From an uncultured Alphaproteobacteria bacterium (lineage in GTDB: Bacteria > Pseudomonadota > Alphaproteobacteria > RF32 > CAG-239): a stretch of 64,000 nt of DNA. The stretch is taken from positions 134,564-198,563 of the forward strand of contig CALXPT010000002.1 in assembly GCA_944390355.1 (NCBI GenBank), read 5' to 3'. Of this stretch, positions 26,934 to 37,924 are shown piece after piece. Numbering within the stretch: position 1 is the first letter of the stretch; every line of letters begins with the position of its first letter. The position numbers and the translations under genes were made by a program. The notes under the pieces are model-generated. The model saw only the letters and a list, made by a program, of their open reading frames with translations. It was not told the origin of the DNA and ran no database searches.

Positions 26934-28796
26934 TTAGTCAGCCAAGCCCAATAATTTGTACTTGACGCGAACATCATAATTTTCGGCAAAACCGTCAATC
27001 AATGTGTCCGAAACCTCCGTCACAAGCTCACGACGAACCTGATTTCGGATATCCGCTTTTTCCTGATCGGTCAGCTTCTTTTTATAGTCCACCATCTCGG
27101 AGGTTACGGCAATAATTTTGCTGCCGTTAATTTCAATAAGTTTCGGAACATTAAGCCCTTCTTGGAAAAGCGCAACGATTTGAGAAGAGGGCAGCATTTC
27201 AAAACTTTCGGACTTTTTAATAGGCTTAGACTTATAAAGTTTCAAGCCCAAACGACCGGCCACGTCTTGAATATTTTCACCGTTGTCTAACTCATTCATG
27301 ACATCATTAGTGAGTTCCAAGGCCATGGCATCACGTTCATTAGCAGTCCATAGTTCAATAATTTTAGACTTAACGTCGTTTAACGGCAAGAGATGAGAGT
27401 CATAAATTTTGTTAACTTTAACCAATGCATAACCGGTGTCAGTCTCAATAATTTGTGAGATTTCTCCGACATTATAAGAAAAAGCGGCATCAACAATATC
27501 GGAAGACAAAGTTTTGTTATTGGCATAGTGCCCGTCTTCGGTTAAACCGGAAATATTGAAAATACTGAGATTTAATTCTTTGGCAAGATTTTCAAAAGTG
27601 GCACCGGCACCGATTTTATCTTCGATTTGGTTAGAAAATTCATAAGAAATATCATAAGCTTTTTCTTTTTTAATAGAATCAGCAGCTTTCTGGCGAGCTT
27701 TTCCGGCCTCCATTTTAGTAGCTTTGGTTTCGGAAATAACTTTGGCGATATGCCATCCGAATTCGGAATGAATAGGTCCGACAATAGTATTTAACGGAGC
27801 GGAGAACACCTCATCGGCAATTTCTTCAAGCAGCATATCTTTGGAAACGGAACCAAGATTGGTATCTTGTTCAGATTGCTGGGCCAAAGACTTAGCAACC
27901 TGATAAAAATCCGCCCCGTTTTTGAGTTCATTGAGAGCTTTTTGAGCCGTATCTTCATCATTAAAGGCCATTTGCAAGACCTTACGTTTGGCAGGAGTTT
28001 CGAACAAATCGGCATGCTGCTTGTAATAGGCCTCGATTTCGGCATCGCTGGGCTGATATTGATGAGCGATTTCATCGGTAGAAATTTCGATATAAGAGAT
28101 GTCTCTTTTTTCGGGAGCCATAAAACGATCGGAAAAATCTTGATAATATTGTTCTAATTCATCATTAGAAATTTGCCGAGTTGTTTTCATCTGGGAAGGA
28201 ACAATTTTAACATAAGAGAAAATTCTTTCTTGGTTTTCGATTTTTCCGAGCAAATCGGTCAGGAAAGCCGGCACATTGATGCGTCGGGCAGGATTTTGCA
28301 CCAACATCTGACGTTCGATATCCAAACGCAAGGCTTTAACATAATCTTGTTCGCTCCAACCGGTAGCATTAAGCATCATGTTAAAACGGTTTCTGTCAAA
28401 GCGGCCGTTAGCATCCATAAATTCGCTCTGGGAATAAATAATTTTGCGGATTAAATCATCACCGATGACAATATCATTTTGCTGTGCGGTAACTTGAATA
28501 ATGGCATTAGCGACTTCGCGTTGAACAATGCTCAAAAGCAGAGTGTTTCGCACTTCATCGTTAATATCCAAATTATCACCGAACATTTTTCTGGCACTGT
28601 TAAGCTCTTTGTCGAAGAGATAAGAGATTTCTCCTTGAGAGAGTTCAATATTGTCAACCTTAATAACATTGCGATTCTCACCGGCGCTGTTAATATAGCC
28701 GGAAATACCGAACAACGACATGAAACTCAGAGCCGTTAAGATAAAAATAGACTTAGCCACCCAAGAATCCTGCATTTTTCTGATTTTACTCATCAT
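26934..28796 (-). CDS. ppiD: PpiD-like periplasmic chaperone/parvulin peptidyl-prolyl isomerase
   Basis: N-terminal transmembrane anchor, SurA-like N domain (GRFD, PEKR), parvulin GPIHSEFGWH; divergent from tpiA. Confidence 0.85.
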   Translation of the reverse strand: MMSKIRKMQDSWVAKSIFILTALSFMSLFGISGYINSAGENRNVIKVDNIELSQGEISYLFDKELNSARKMFGDNLDINDEVRNTLLLSIVQREVANAIIQVTAQQNDIVIGDDLIRKIIYSQSEFMDANGRFDRNRFNMMLNATGWSEQDYVKALRLDIERQMLVQNPARRINVPAFLTDLLGKIENQERIFSYVKIVPSQMKTTRQISNDELEQYYQDFSDRFMAPEKRDISYIEISTDEIAHQYQPSDAEIEAYYKQHADLFETPAKRKVLQMAFNDEDTAQKALNELKNGADFYQVAKSLAQQSEQDTNLGSVSKDMLLEEIADEVFSAPLNTIVGPIHSEFGWHIAKVISETKATKMEAGKARQKAADSIKKEKAYDISYEFSNQIEDKIGAGATFENLAKELNLSIFNISGLTEDGHYANNKTLSSDIVDAAFSYNVGEISQIIETDTGYALVKVNKIYDSHLLPLNDVKSKIIELWTANERDAMALELTNDVMNELDNGENIQDVAGRLGLKLYKSKPIKKSESFEMLPSSQIVALFQEGLNVPKLIEINGSKIIAVTSEMVDYKKKLTDQEKADIRNQVRRELVTEVSDTLIDGFAENYDVRVKYKLLGLAD

Positions 28797-28985
28797 GGCG
28801 AGATATATCCTTAAAATTAATAAAACGAATAAAAAAAACTGACAGGAGAATAATATAAAAAGCAAAGTTCTTCAAGATAAATAAACAAAGCGTTAACAAA
28901 AATATTGCAAAAATAATTTTTTTAGTGGAAATAAAAAAAATCTTATGCTACAACACAAGCATTATAACAACAAAAAGAGGGAAAA

Positions 28986-29750
28986 ATGGCTAGAAAGAAA
29001 CTGATTGCCGGCAACTGGAAGATGAACGGCTTGTTGGCGGATGGAACAACTTTGGCAAAAGGCATAGCGGAAGAAGTAAAAAAAATAGGCAAACCGCAAT
29101 GTGAATTTTTGGTATGCCCGCCGTTTACGTTGTTAAGCGCGGTCAAAAAAGCTCTGCGCGGAGCAAAGGTTGCGCTAGGTGCACAGGATTGCTCGAGTGA
29201 GGATAAGGGAGCCCATACCGGAGATGTCAGCCCCGTGATGTTGAAAGATTGCGGTTGCCAATATGTCATATTGGGACATTCGGAAAGAAGAGCCGATCAT
29301 AAAGAGAGCTCGGAATTAGTAAACAAAAAAGCCCAAGCCGCCCATAAACATGACCTAAAAACAATAATTTGTGTCGGCGAGACCTTAGAGGAAAGAGAGG
29401 CCGGAAAAGCCCTTGAGATATGCACGACACAGGTTATCGATTCTGTGCCGGATACCTCGACATGGCAAAACACGGTTATAGCTTATGAGCCTGTATGGGC
29501 AATCGGCACCGGAAAGATTCCGACGACCAAAGATGTTGAAGAAATTCATGCCGCAATCCGTAAAACGTTATCCAAAAAATTGGGCAAAGGCAACGCTAAC
29601 AAAATGAGAATTTTGTACGGCGGATCGGTAAAACCCAATAATGCCAAAGAACTTTTGTCGTTGGAAGATGTTGATGGTGCATTAATCGGGGGAGCCAGCT
29701 TAAAAGTAGAAGATTTCTTAGGCATAGCTAAGAACGCCGGCGTCTGCTAG
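28986..29750 (+). CDS. tpiA: Triosephosphate isomerase
   Basis: AGNWKMN, GHSERR, AYEPVWAIGTG, YGGSVK. Confidence 0.98.
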   Translation: MARKKLIAGNWKMNGLLADGTTLAKGIAEEVKKIGKPQCEFLVCPPFTLLSAVKKALRGAKVALGAQDCSSEDKGAHTGDVSPVMLKDCGCQYVILGHSERRADHKESSELVNKKAQAAHKHDLKTIICVGETLEEREAGKALEICTTQVIDSVPDTSTWQNTVIAYEPVWAIGTGKIPTTKDVEEIHAAIRKTLSKKLGKGNANKMRILYGGSVKPNNAKELLSLEDVDGALIGGASLKVEDFLGIAKNAGVC

Positions 29751-29769
29751 TCAAAAAAAGGAAAAGGAT

Positions 29770-30108
29770 ATGGAAACAGTATTACTCGTAATTCATTTAT
29801 TAGTAGCAATCTTTTTGGTTTGCTTTATCTTAATGCAACGCTCGGGCGGCGGTGCTCTGGATGGTTTGGGCGGTGGCAACGGCGCATCAAACTTTTTGAA
29901 CGCTCGCGGCACGGGAAATTTTTTAACCCGCACAACGGCAATTTTGGCGACAATATTTTTCATCACCAGTATTTCGTTGTCGCTTTATTACAAGAACATA
30001 GAGCGTCAGTCAAATTCACTTTTGGATAAAGCCGCCGTAGCCGAAACGCAAGAACCGGCGTCTCCGGCCAACCCCGAAGTTCCGAGCGTACCGGAAGCGG
30101 AAAAATAA
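29770..30108 (+). CDS. secG: Preprotein translocase subunit SecG
   Basis: Two transmembrane segments, glycine-rich linker, NFLTRTTAILA; located between tpiA and pyrG. Confidence 0.95.
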   Translation: METVLLVIHLLVAIFLVCFILMQRSGGGALDGLGGGNGASNFLNARGTGNFLTRTTAILATIFFITSISLSLYYKNIERQSNSLLDKAAVAETQEPASPANPEVPSVPEAEK

Positions 30109-30130
30109 ATGAGAAATTTCATTCAACATA

Positions 30131-30160
30131 ATAAAGGCACCTTAGCTTAGGTGCCTTTAT
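30131..30160 (+). terminator. Terminator-like hairpin after secG
   Basis: ATAAAGGCACCT/AGGTGCCTTTAT. Confidence 0.6.
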
Positions 30161-30184
30161 CACTTTAAAAACAGGAAAAAATGT

Positions 30185-31852
30185 ATGACAATGACTAACA
30201 AAATAGATGAAATCCTAAATAAAAAGACCAAGTTTATTTTTATCACCGGAGGCGTAGTATCTTCACTGGGAAAAGGACTGGCTTCGGCATCATTAGCCTC
30301 AGTATTGCAATCAAGAGGTTTTAAGGTACGCCTGCGCAAACTGGACCCCTATTTAAATGTAGACCCCGGAACAATGAGCCCGTATCAACATGGCGAAGTT
30401 TTTGTAACCGATGACGGCACGGAAGCAGACCTTGACCTTGGGCACTATGAGCGTTTTTCAGGAGTTCCGGCCAAAAGAACCGATAGTGTAACCACCGGTA
30501 TAATTTATCAAAGAGTGATAGATAAAGAACGTCATGGCGATTATTTAGGAGCTACCATTCAGGTTGTTCCGCATGTAACCAATGAAATAAAGGACTTTAT
30601 AGTATCCGACATCACGGACGAAGATTTTGTCTTATGCGAAATAGGAGGGACGGTCGGCGATATTGAAGGCCAGCCATATCTTGAGGCTATCCGCCAATTA
30701 GCTTACGAAATGGGACGGAGCCGCATGATGTTTATTCATGTAACATTGTTGCCGTATATACCGGCCGCCGGAGAATTGAAAACCAAACCGACGCAGCATT
30801 CTGTCAAAAAACTGCAGGAATATGGTATTCAACCGGATATGTTGCTGTGCCGTACTCAAATTGAAATGCCGGCGAATGAAAAAAGGAAATTGGCTCTGTT
30901 TTGTAACGTCAGAGAAGAAAACGTCATTCAGGCACTTGATGCGCAAAGTATATATCAAGTACCGATAAACTATTCGCGCGAAGGAATGGATGAGGCAGTG
31001 TGCCGTTATTTTGGTATCACGGATGCCAAACCGGCCGATTTAAGCAAATGGGAACATATCGTGAATGTCTTAAAAAATCCGGAAGGTACGGTAACCATAG
31101 GCGTAGTTGGCAAATATACGCAGTTACTGGAAGCATATAAGTCTTTGAATGAGGCTTTGGTACACGGGGGTATAGCCAATAACTATAAAGTCAAAATCAA
31201 ATGGATAGATTCCGAAAAGCTTGAGAGCGAGGACGCGGAAGAAGAGTTATCGGATGTCAGCGGAATTTTAGTCCCCGGAGGATTCGGGCAACGCGGAACG
31301 GAAGGCAAAATCAAAGCAATTAAATACGCCCGAGAACATAAAGTTCCGTTTTTAGGAATTTGTTTTGGAATGCAAATGGCGGTTATAGAAACCATGAGAA
31401 ATGTAGCAGGTATCAAAAATGCCGGAACAACGGAATTTTCGCAAAATTGCGAACCTGTGGTTGGTTTGATGACCGAATGGGACAAAGACGGAGCCAAGCA
31501 AATCCGCCATAAAGACGGAGATTTAGGCGGAACAATGCGCTTAGGAGCATATGAGTGCGTTTTGGCAAAAGATTCAAAAGTTGCACAAATTTATGGTAAG
31601 GAGCATATTTCCGAAAGACATCGCCATCGTTATGAAGTTAATATCAAATACGAACCGATATTAAACAAGAGTTCGATGAGTATTGTGGGGCGTTCACCGG
31701 ACGGAAAGCTGCCTGAGATTGTAGAAATCAAAGAACATCCGTGGTTTATAGGGGTGCAATTTCATCCGGAGTTAAAATCCAAACCCTTTGCGCCGCACCC
31801 GTTGTTTGTGTCTTTTGTAAAAGCCTCAATAGATAACAGCCGCTTGCTGTAA
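30185..31852 (+). CDS. pyrG: CTP synthase
   Basis: [51 protein letters not shown]. Confidence 0.98.
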   Translation: MTMTNKIDEILNKKTKFIFITGGVVSSLGKGLASASLASVLQSRGFKVRLRKLDPYLNVDPGTMSPYQHGEVFVTDDGTEADLDLGHYERFSGVPAKRTDSVTTGIIYQRVIDKERHGDYLGATIQVVPHVTNEIKDFIVSDITDEDFVLCEIGGTVGDIEGQPYLEAIRQLAYEMGRSRMMFIHVTLLPYIPAAGELKTKPTQHSVKKLQEYGIQPDMLLCRTQIEMPANEKRKLALFCNVREENVIQALDAQSIYQVPINYSREGMDEAVCRYFGITDAKPADLSKWEHIVNVLKNPEGTVTIGVVGKYTQLLEAYKSLNEALVHGGIANNYKVKIKWIDSEKLESEDAEEELSDVSGILVPGGFGQRGTEGKIKAIKYAREHKVPFLGICFGMQMAVIETMRNVAGIKNAGTTEFSQNCEPVVGLMTEWDKDGAKQIRHKDGDLGGTMRLGAYECVLAKDSKVAQIYGKEHISERHRHRYEVNIKYEPILNKSSMSIVGRSPDGKLPEIVEIKEHPWFIGVQFHPELKSKPFAPHPLFVSFVKASIDNSRLL

Positions 31853-31993
31853 ATAAAAAACGAGAAGCAAATGCTTATGAGTTAAAGATGATTCATAAGC
31901 ATTTTTTTGTATATTAAATATAAAGGTATTTGCAAATCATATTTTTATTTGTTATAAAAACGGAGAACAGAAGAACGTTGAAAGTAAAAATAA

Positions 31994-32596
31994 ATGAAAA
32001 AACTTTGCACAATATTGGCGATTATAATTATGGGAACAACCACTAAGGTTCAAGCCGCCGAAAATAATGAGCAAATCCCGACCAAAAGTTGGAATATATT
32101 TAGTGAAGAAGGGAGAAATTATATTTTATCCCGTGCAAAGTATAACTTTTCAGAGACATGGAAATCAGATAGCTATGACGCATATATACCGCTGTACGCA
32201 TGGCATAACCGCTTAACCTACGACCAAGAACATATAGATAAATACAACGAAAATCCATGGGGCTTTGGTATTGGCAAATATCGCTATGATGAAGACGGCG
32301 ATTGGCATGGGCTTTATGCCATGGCTTTTAAGGATTCAAATGACTATCTTGAAACAATGTTTGGCTATGCTTATCAAAAGAACTGGTTTGTGAATTGCAA
32401 TCGCGATTTGAGAGTAGGCTTGGGTTTTACGGTTGGTTTAACCCAACGGCATGAATATAAATACATTCCGGTACCATTGCCACTGCCTTTGGCCGGACTT
32501 GAATACGGACGCTTTGCATTGCAGGCTGCTTATGTCCCTGGGCTAAAAAATGATGGCAATGTCTTGTTTACATGGATGAGATTTCGAATAAATTAG
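31994..32596 (+). CDS. pagP: Lipid A palmitoyltransferase PagP
   Basis: Signal peptide; WHNR, YNENPWGFG, GLYAMAFKDS, PLPLP, YVPG...GNVLFTW. Confidence 0.88.
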   Translation: MKKLCTILAIIIMGTTTKVQAAENNEQIPTKSWNIFSEEGRNYILSRAKYNFSETWKSDSYDAYIPLYAWHNRLTYDQEHIDKYNENPWGFGIGKYRYDEDGDWHGLYAMAFKDSNDYLETMFGYAYQKNWFVNCNRDLRVGLGFTVGLTQRHEYKYIPVPLPLPLAGLEYGRFALQAAYVPGLKNDGNVLFTWMRFRIN

Positions 32597-32673
32597 CTTG
32601 ATTTTTTACAAAAATTGCGATATAGACATAATGCGATTATAAACATTATGTCTTACTTAATTATTATTAAATT

Positions 32674-33675
32674 ATGGAAAATAAAGTAATAGAAGCTGTC
32701 GAAAAGCTGAGAGAGTTGTCCCCGATTGTAAAAAATTGTTATGAATTGAACGAAGTGCAGAGAACATTGCTGGCTGACAAAACTTGGATTACGTGCTTAA
32801 AAAATGCGCGTGATAAAAAGATATCTTCGGTATTGGCAAGCACACACCCGTTCAAACACAATTTAATTGATGCTGATGCAATGGGAACGGAAGAGCTGGC
32901 AAAAGAGATAGAAAACGCAAAATTCATCTGGGAAGAAAATGAAGAAAACAGCGTTATCATTTGCCCGCAGAATTTGGCTCTTCAAGCAGAAGATGCAGGA
33001 AAAGTCTTGTTTGTTTCTGATAACTTTTGTCAGGATATTTTGGCCTCTTTGGCAAGATGTGAGCAAATAAACGAGGTGGCAACTACGGCGGATAAAATTC
33101 TCAATCATTGGGTCATAAAGCCATATCAACAGATAATGATATACGGCGATGCACTGATTTCGGGAATATACGCCGCTTATGCCGCTTTGGAAATCAAACA
33201 AAATTACGGGAAATACCCCTTAATTTTGCTCTATCATGACAATGCGCTCAGGAATATAGACAATACGGATGCCAACGGCGAACTTTTACAAAAACTGGGA
33301 ATACCGGTATTTAGTAAGATAACGGAAACGGATATCTACGAAATACCGGAACAGACATTGTTCATCACCCCGTGGCCCAGATTGTTGCATACACAAAAGG
33401 TCGTGGAAAGAAGCCGTGCCGATATTTATACCGTCTCGGATGAAGACTTTAAGAAAAATGATAATCTGTCGCTATATTATATGGATGTCTCCATGCAGGA
33501 ATTAAGCAAACAAAAGGGGCGCAATGTGTGCCGACAGTTATGGAAAAGGGCAAAAGCCTCACATAAATTTGAAGGCAAATCACAGGAAACAGTCCAAAGT
33601 GAACTATCCGCCGCAATTAAATCTTTGGTAAGAGAATACAAACCAAGATTAGATGAAAGATACGGAAAGATTTAA
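32674..33675 (+). CDS. Hypothetical protein
   Basis: 333-aa ORF with its own promoter-like site and terminator; no motif recognised. Confidence 0.7.
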   Translation: MENKVIEAVEKLRELSPIVKNCYELNEVQRTLLADKTWITCLKNARDKKISSVLASTHPFKHNLIDADAMGTEELAKEIENAKFIWEENEENSVIICPQNLALQAEDAGKVLFVSDNFCQDILASLARCEQINEVATTADKILNHWVIKPYQQIMIYGDALISGIYAAYAALEIKQNYGKYPLILLYHDNALRNIDNTDANGELLQKLGIPVFSKITETDIYEIPEQTLFITPWPRLLHTQKVVERSRADIYTVSDEDFKKNDNLSLYYMDVSMQELSKQKGRNVCRQLWKRAKASHKFEGKSQETVQSELSAAIKSLVREYKPRLDERYGKI

Positions 33676-33694
33676 CCGACAGCTTAAAAGAACC

Positions 33695-33730
33695 AAAAAA
33701 CTCTTTAGGGTAAGCCTAAAGAGTTTTTTT
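33695..33730 (+). terminator. Intrinsic terminator
   Basis: AAAAAACTCTTTAGG/CCTAAAGAGTTTTTT. Confidence 0.75.
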
Positions 33731-33815
33731 GTGATTAGAAAGAGGAGAATGCTTGAGAAAATAAAAAAATATGATATAAAAAAAACAATTAGAACTCATA
33801 AAGGAAGTAAAAGAG

Positions 33816-34667
33816 ATGGAACAAAGAACCATAAGAATAGGCAATTTTGAGATAAGCAACAACCTCCCGATGGCATTGCTTGCAGGTCCCTGCCAAATAG
33901 AGAGCCGCCAACACGCCATAGACATGGCCGGCGCAATGGTTGAAATAACCAAAGAGCTTGGGATAAATTATGTTTTCAAGGCCTCGTTTGATAAGGCAAA
34001 CCGCTCATCCATAAACACACCGAGGGGCGTAGGATTGGAAGAAGGATTGAGAACGTTTGCCGAAATCAAAAAGCTGTATAATAATATTCCGATAGTAACG
34101 GATATTCATGAAAAAGAACAGTGCGAGATTGTTGCACCTTATGTTGATATTTTGCAAATACCGGCGTTTTTGTGCCGTCAAACCGATTTGGTGGTGGCAG
34201 CAGCCAAGACCGGAAAGGTTGTCAACATTAAAAAAGGTCAGTTTTTAGCCCCGTGGGATATGAAAAATATTGTAAAAAAAGCCGAAGATTCTGGAAATAA
34301 GAACGTTTGCGTAACGGAACGCGGAGCATCCTTTGGATACAATACATTGGTAACCGACTTCCGTGGCTTGCCCAGAATGGCCAAAGACACAGGATGCCCT
34401 GTGATATTTGACGCGACCCACTCGGTACAAATGCCCGGAGGCCAAGGAACAACATCGGGCGGACAGAGAGAATATGCACCGGTTTTGGCTCGTGCGGCCG
34501 TTGCGGTAGGGGTCGCAGCAGTCTTTATCGAAACGCATGATAATCCCGATAAAGCCTTATCGGACGGTCCGAACATGATTCCGCTGCATAACATGAAACA
34601 GGTTTTGAGTGAATTAATGGCTTATGATAAATTGACCAAGACCATAGTAAAAGATTATTTGAAATAA
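33816..34667 (+). CDS. kdsA: KDO 8-phosphate synthase
   Basis: [47 protein letters not shown]. Confidence 0.97.
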   Translation: MEQRTIRIGNFEISNNLPMALLAGPCQIESRQHAIDMAGAMVEITKELGINYVFKASFDKANRSSINTPRGVGLEEGLRTFAEIKKLYNNIPIVTDIHEKEQCEIVAPYVDILQIPAFLCRQTDLVVAAAKTGKVVNIKKGQFLAPWDMKNIVKKAEDSGNKNVCVTERGASFGYNTLVTDFRGLPRMAKDTGCPVIFDATHSVQMPGGQGTTSGGQREYAPVLARAAVAVGVAAVFIETHDNPDKALSDGPNMIPLHNMKQVLSELMAYDKLTKTIVKDYLK

Positions 34668-34670
34668 CCG

Positions 34671-35390
34671 ATGCAGTTTTCGGATGAAGGATATATCATA
34701 AAGATGCTGAAATATGGTGAGAGTTCGCTAATTCTCACCGTATTAACGCGTAACAACGGCAAGATTATCGGCAGCATAAAAAACGCTTTAAACAAGAACA
34801 ATATATCGATATATCAATTAGGGAACAGCCTGAATTTAAACGTTTACGCGAGGTTGGAAGAAGGGCTCTATACTATTCATGCTGATTTACTGAAAGCCAA
34901 TGCCGTCAACTTTATGTTTGATGAAAAAAAACTTTATGCGCTGAGTTCCTTGTGCGAACTTTGCAACGCCTGCCTTCCTGAAAAAGAGAATATAGAAAGT
35001 TTTTATAATGTGATAGAAGATTTTTTTAATCATATACATGAAGAAGATTGGCTATCATACTATTCTTATTTTGAATTTTATCTTCTTGAGTACCTTGGGG
35101 TCGGGCTTGACTTATCCGAATGTGCGGTTACCGGCCAAAAGAGAGACCTAAAATATGTATCTCCCAAAAGCGGAAAAGCCGTTTCGGCCGAAGCCGGAGC
35201 CCCGTATGCAGAGCGTCTGTTTGCATATCCCGAATATATTTTGCAAAAGAACTATCACCCGAAGTTGCAAGAAGTTGACAATCTCCTAAAAATGACGGAG
35301 TTTTTCCTAAATAAAAATTTTTTTCGCCAACACGGCTTGAAATTTCCCCAAAACCGTGCTAACTTGCGTAATAAAATGCTAAATTTATAA
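34671..35390 (+). CDS. recO: DNA repair protein RecO
   Basis: [29 protein letters not shown]. Confidence 0.93.
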   Translation: MQFSDEGYIIKMLKYGESSLILTVLTRNNGKIIGSIKNALNKNNISIYQLGNSLNLNVYARLEEGLYTIHADLLKANAVNFMFDEKKLYALSSLCELCNACLPEKENIESFYNVIEDFFNHIHEEDWLSYYSYFEFYLLEYLGVGLDLSECAVTGQKRDLKYVSPKSGKAVSAEAGAPYAERLFAYPEYILQKNYHPKLQEVDNLLKMTEFFLNKNFFRQHGLKFPQNRANLRNKMLNL

Positions 35391-35407
35391 ACCGAGCGGA
35401 AGATAAA

Positions 35408-37642
35408 ATGACAGAACAAGTTGTTGAAAAAGAAGAAAAAATAAAAAATGTGCATTTGGCGGAAGAACTAAGCACACGCTATTTATCTTATGCCATGTCA
35501 ACAATAGTTTCTCGTTCATTGCCGGACGTGAGAGACGGGTTAAAGCCGGTGCATCGGCGTTTGCTGTATGCCATGCGGCAATTACATTTAGACCCCAAAT
35601 CAGGTTTCAAGAAATGCGCGCGTGTTGTGGGCGATGTTATCGGTAAATATCATCCCCACGGCGATAGTGCGGTTTATGGGGCAATGGTGCGCTTGGCACA
35701 AGATTTTTCGGTGCGTTATCCTTTGGTCGACGGACAAGGAAATTTCGGAAACATAGACGGAGACGGCGCAGCAGCCATGCGATATACCGAGGCACGTTTG
35801 ACCGAATTTGCCATGGCCTTGATGGAGGGGTTGAATGAAAACGCCGTTGATTTTATGGAAACCTATGACGGAGAAGAATCAGAACCTGTCGTAATGCCTT
35901 CCATGGTGCCAAATCTGCTTTGTAACGGCTCATCAGGCATAGCCGTCGGAATGGCCACCAACATTCCGCCGCATAATTTGAGCGAAGTCTGTGATGCATT
36001 GCTGTATTTGATAGAGAAGCCCGACTGTGAGATAGAGCCGTTGGTGCAAAGAATCAAAGGACCGGATTTTCCGACCGGCGGCATTATTGTCGATAAATTT
36101 GAAACAATATTAAATAACTATAAACAGGGGCGGGGCTTTTTCCGTATCCGTGCAAAGTGGGAAACCGAGGACTTAGGTCACGGCCAATATCAAATTATCG
36201 TCAAAGAAATTCCCTATCAGGTCATAAAGTCAAAATTAATAGAAAAGATAGCCGAATTATTGGTTGACAAGAAAATACCGTTGTTATCGGATGTCAGGGA
36301 TGAATCCGCCCAAGATATTAGAATAGTGCTGGAACCCAAGAACAGAACGGTAGATGCAAATTTGCTAATGGAACATCTCTTCCGCCAAACCGAGTTGGAA
36401 ACCCGTTTCAGTATGAATATGAATGTCCTTGATTCCGAGGGTGTGCCGCATGTTATGGACATTAAGACCGTTTTGAGAGAATTTTTAGACCATCGCCATA
36501 TTGTTTTGCAACGGAGGGTAAAATACCGTTTAGATAAGATATTGGCACGTCTGGAAATTTTATCGGGATATTTGATAGCTTATCTAAACTTAGATGAAAT
36601 CATTCGAATTATCAGGGAAGAAGATGAACCCAAAGCCGTTATGATGGCAAAGTTTAACTTAACCGATAATCAGTCCGAAGCCATATTGAATATGAAACTA
36701 CGCTCATTAAGAAAGTTGGAAGAAAGCGAGATTAAACAAGAGTACGACGATTTAAGTGCCGAAAAAGAAGAATTGGAAGGCCTGACGATTGATGAAAGCA
36801 AACGCTGGGAGGCCATAGCCGGAGAAATTAAATTGATCAAAGAAAAATTTGGTAAGAAAACGGCGTTAGGCCGCCGTCGGACAGATTTTTCCGAAGTCCC
36901 CGATACGATAGAAGTACCGCTCGAAGCGATTATAGAAAAAGAACCGATAACGATTATTTTATCACAAAAAGGCTGGATACGTTGCCTAAAAGGATATGTT
37001 GATTTAACGGAAGATTTTAAGTTTAAAGATGATGATGCGTTGCAAATAGCCCTTCATGCACAAACGACCGATAAAATCATCATTTTTGACACGGCGGGCA
37101 AGTTTTATACCATTCCGGCCAATGACATACCGAGCGGAAGAGGTTTCGGACAGCCCTTGCGATTGATGATAGATTTGGGTATTTCAGATTCGGTAAGTTC
37201 AATGTTTGTATTTGAGGCAGGCGCGAGTTACGTTATAGCCTCGAACACGGGACGAGGATTTGTTGTCGATGAAAATCATATTTTGGCACAAACCAGAAAC
37301 GGTCGCAAAATAATGAATCTTGCCGAAAACGAGCAATCGGTATTTTGCCGCAAGATAACGGGAGATATGGTGGCGATAATCGGCGAGAACCGAAAGTTAT
37401 TGGTATTTAAAATAGAAGAGATACCGACCATGGCGCGTGGCCGCGGCGTAACATTGCAAAAATATAAGGAAGGCCAACTTTCGGATATACAAATATTCAA
37501 AGAAACGGAAGGTTTTACATATATAAGAGCTGGCGGCACAAAAACAGAGACGGATTTGCTCTCATGGTTGGGACACCGAGCCCAAGTAGGCAAGTTAGCC
37601 CCGTTTGGTTTCCCCAAAAATAACAAATTTTTGAAAGATTAG
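35408..37642 (+). CDS. parC: DNA topoisomerase IV subunit A
   Basis: [31 protein letters not shown]; 744 aa with no GyrA box seen. Confidence 0.95.
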   Translation: MTEQVVEKEEKIKNVHLAEELSTRYLSYAMSTIVSRSLPDVRDGLKPVHRRLLYAMRQLHLDPKSGFKKCARVVGDVIGKYHPHGDSAVYGAMVRLAQDFSVRYPLVDGQGNFGNIDGDGAAAMRYTEARLTEFAMALMEGLNENAVDFMETYDGEESEPVVMPSMVPNLLCNGSSGIAVGMATNIPPHNLSEVCDALLYLIEKPDCEIEPLVQRIKGPDFPTGGIIVDKFETILNNYKQGRGFFRIRAKWETEDLGHGQYQIIVKEIPYQVIKSKLIEKIAELLVDKKIPLLSDVRDESAQDIRIVLEPKNRTVDANLLMEHLFRQTELETRFSMNMNVLDSEGVPHVMDIKTVLREFLDHRHIVLQRRVKYRLDKILARLEILSGYLIAYLNLDEIIRIIREEDEPKAVMMAKFNLTDNQSEAILNMKLRSLRKLEESEIKQEYDDLSAEKEELEGLTIDESKRWEAIAGEIKLIKEKFGKKTALGRRRTDFSEVPDTIEVPLEAIIEKEPITIILSQKGWIRCLKGYVDLTEDFKFKDDDALQIALHAQTTDKIIIFDTAGKFYTIPANDIPSGRGFGQPLRLMIDLGISDSVSSMFVFEAGASYVIASNTGRGFVVDENHILAQTRNGRKIMNLAENEQSVFCRKITGDMVAIIGENRKLLVFKIEEIPTMARGRGVTLQKYKEGQLSDIQIFKETEGFTYIRAGGTKTETDLLSWLGHRAQVGKLAPFGFPKNNKFLKD

Positions 37643-37645
37643 CGA

Positions 37646-37825
37646 GTGGAAGAAGTATTGTTCGAATACATACAGCAGGGCTCCTATGTCAAGGTAACGG
37701 CCGTAGAGCCGAAAACATTGATAGAGGCGAGTGTTGTTGTTCCGGCCTCTTTAAGTCAAGAGCAAATGCAGTTGCAGGCACTCCGCCGCCTCAAATATGT
37801 AATGGATAAACAAAACGAAGAATAA
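37646..37825 (+). CDS. Small alphaproteobacterial protein (DUF6898-like), not in the ORF track
   Basis: GTG start; MEEVLFEYIQQGSYVKVTAVEPKTLIEASVVVPASLSQEQMQLQALRRLKYVMDKQNEE (59 aa). Confidence 0.75.
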   Translation: MEEVLFEYIQQGSYVKVTAVEPKTLIEASVVVPASLSQEQMQLQALRRLKYVMDKQNEE

Positions 37826-37924
37826 GCATGTAAATAACTGCCTTAAATTCCTTTAAATCCGAAAAAAAAGATTCTATGATAGCAAAAAATTTGTTTGATA
37901 TAAGCAGGGGAATAGGGGAAATTT

